Source: the human T2T-CHM13v2.0 reference genome, Homo sapiens. Taken from it: a DNA stretch of 64,000 nucleotides. Positions 62,374-64,000 of this stretch are shown piece by piece. The notes under the pieces are model-generated. The model made no database searches and was not told where the DNA came from. It saw only the letters and a list, made by a program, of their open reading frames with translations. Position numbers and translations under genes: made by a program. The stretch is taken from NCBI RefSeq assembly GCF_009914755.1, contig NC_060925.1; one strand, 5' to 3'. Position 1 is the first letter of the stretch. The number at the start of each line of letters is the position of its first letter.

Positions 62374-62956
62374 TGATACTAGCGGGATAGGTGAGGTCCT
62401 GAAATGCTGGTGGGACCTCGACCCTGGCCAGTGTCCAGGTTCTTGACAACATGGTAAGAAGGAATTCAACGATGAATCAGAAAGTAGTGAAAGTACGAAG
62501 ATTTACTGCAAAGCAAAAAATACACACTCAAGAAAAGGGAGTGCAGGCATACATAAGAGAGAGTCACGTGCATGGGGGTTTGAGGTAGCTACCTTTAGGG
62601 TTTTCTTTAACTAAGGGGTGGAATATTCATGAAAATTCCTAGAAAAAGGTAGAGATTTCTCAGAACTGTTGTGTCAACCATTAACTATGGGTGTCCCTGG
62701 AACTGTCATGGCACTGATGGGTGATTTAGCATGTTAATGAGTATATAATAAGGTCCTAGGTGAAACTTAGATCAAATCTAGCACCATGTTGGGTCCAGTT
62801 GGGTCTTAGCCAGCGTGATCTACATCCTGGTTTTGGGGATCTTATAAGCCCCTAGCTTCTGTGGGTATTTCAACAGTTTCCTTTTCCTAGTCATGTGAAA
62901 CTGCTGCCTGGAATTTTCTATTCTCCTGCAGCCACCCCTGTATTATTTCTGTCTCA
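62374..62956 (-). mobile_element. ERV1-class solo LTR (subfamily not assigned)
   Basis: 583 bp bounded by TG...CA; gtccaggttcttg...aaggaattcaa, catgttaatgag and ctgtctca terminus typical of MER4-group/ERV1 LTRs; near-TSD AATT/CATT. Confidence 0.7.
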
Positions 62957-64000
62957 CATTAGTTCAGGTTGTTACAAAATAAATTGCCTCAAAGTTGTTC
63001 ATTTAATATCAAAATTGTGGCAATATTTTAAATTGGAAAACCTGGCAATTCTTGTCACTTTCATATCACAGAGCTAATTATGGAAGCAAATAAAGTTGAA
63101 AAGTTCTTCAGACTTGAATATATGCTACAAAATGATACCTTCAAAATGACTGTCCTAACTAAAAAAGAAAAGGTAAAATAAGTCATTGTTTAACATTGGC
63201 TATTTAACTATTGTCTACCACCATGGAGCCAGTTCTATTAAAGTATATCTCTCAAGAAAAGAGTACCTTGCCATATATATTAAATGCTAAATATGCTTTA
63301 AATAACTGGTAGTTATGAATATGATTTAAATAATTGGTATATATAGCTTCCGTTTTGCTTTATAGAATACTAACATTGAAAAGTTAATTAATGAAATGCA
63401 CATTAAGGAAGATAGTGTTTTAATAGTCTATATCATTCCCAATAACAAGCTTTGACTTGCTACTGTAGAACAGAATGACCAGGTGTTATTCTTCCCCACT
63501 TCAAAAGAAGAATGCTATTCTGATAAGGATTTTTGTTATTATTAAGTGCTAACTGCCTGAGATATTTTAAATATTTACATTATTTGGTGAGTGGAAGTCC
63601 TAATCTCTCTTCTAATTACATTTTTCTGCAAGCATCCTGCCAAACAGCCTTCAAAACAACTTACATTTAAAGAGCTCTTTGCATTTTTTTTACCCAATCT
63701 GTCCCAATTTTTAGGAATAAAACAGCAAATCTTAGCTAGGAATTTACTTTTCAACTGTGAATGTCAAAGATTACACCAATTTTAAGGAGGTTTTTTTTTT
63801 AACTTTTACAAATTGAAAATAGTTCTCTGAACTATCAAGAAAAAACTAAAAATTGAAATCTGTTTCTTAATAGAAGCATTAAGATCATAAATCATGGCAG
63901 GCAGAGGGGAGAAGTCATCTCAAAAGGGTAAAGTGCAATCCCCTAAGAACAGAACACTTGAGCTCAGCCTAAAGGGCATATCTTCAAATTGCACATGTTG

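Overview
Primate (almost certainly human) repeat-rich genomic DNA containing most of SYDE2 (synapse defective Rho GTPase-activating protein 2) on the minus strand. Six coding exons lie between about 40.7 kb and 3.65 kb with consistent GT-AG phases. They encode the disordered N-terminus, C2 domain and RhoGAP domain; the last coding exon must lie left of base 1. A CpG-island promoter sits at about 39.4-41.25 kb, followed by about 23 kb of upstream intergenic DNA. Repeats include more than 30 Alus, a 5'-inverted (twin-primed) L1PA3-like insertion in intron 2, old L1M/L2/CR1/MIR remnants, MaLR/ERV LTRs and MER DNA transposons. Main leads: (1) a 197-codon in-frame N-terminal extension upstream of the start I recall as annotated, beginning with a strong-Kozak ATG and an SYDE1-like [15 protein letters not shown] motif; (2) an Arg-rich uORF with an internal splice donor that would join exon 2 in frame; (3) candidate unannotated exons: a 36-nt in-frame microexon, a poison exon and a stop-interrupted alternative last exon. 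Repeat subfamily calls and paralog comparisons are from memory, not from searches, and repeat boundaries are approximate.
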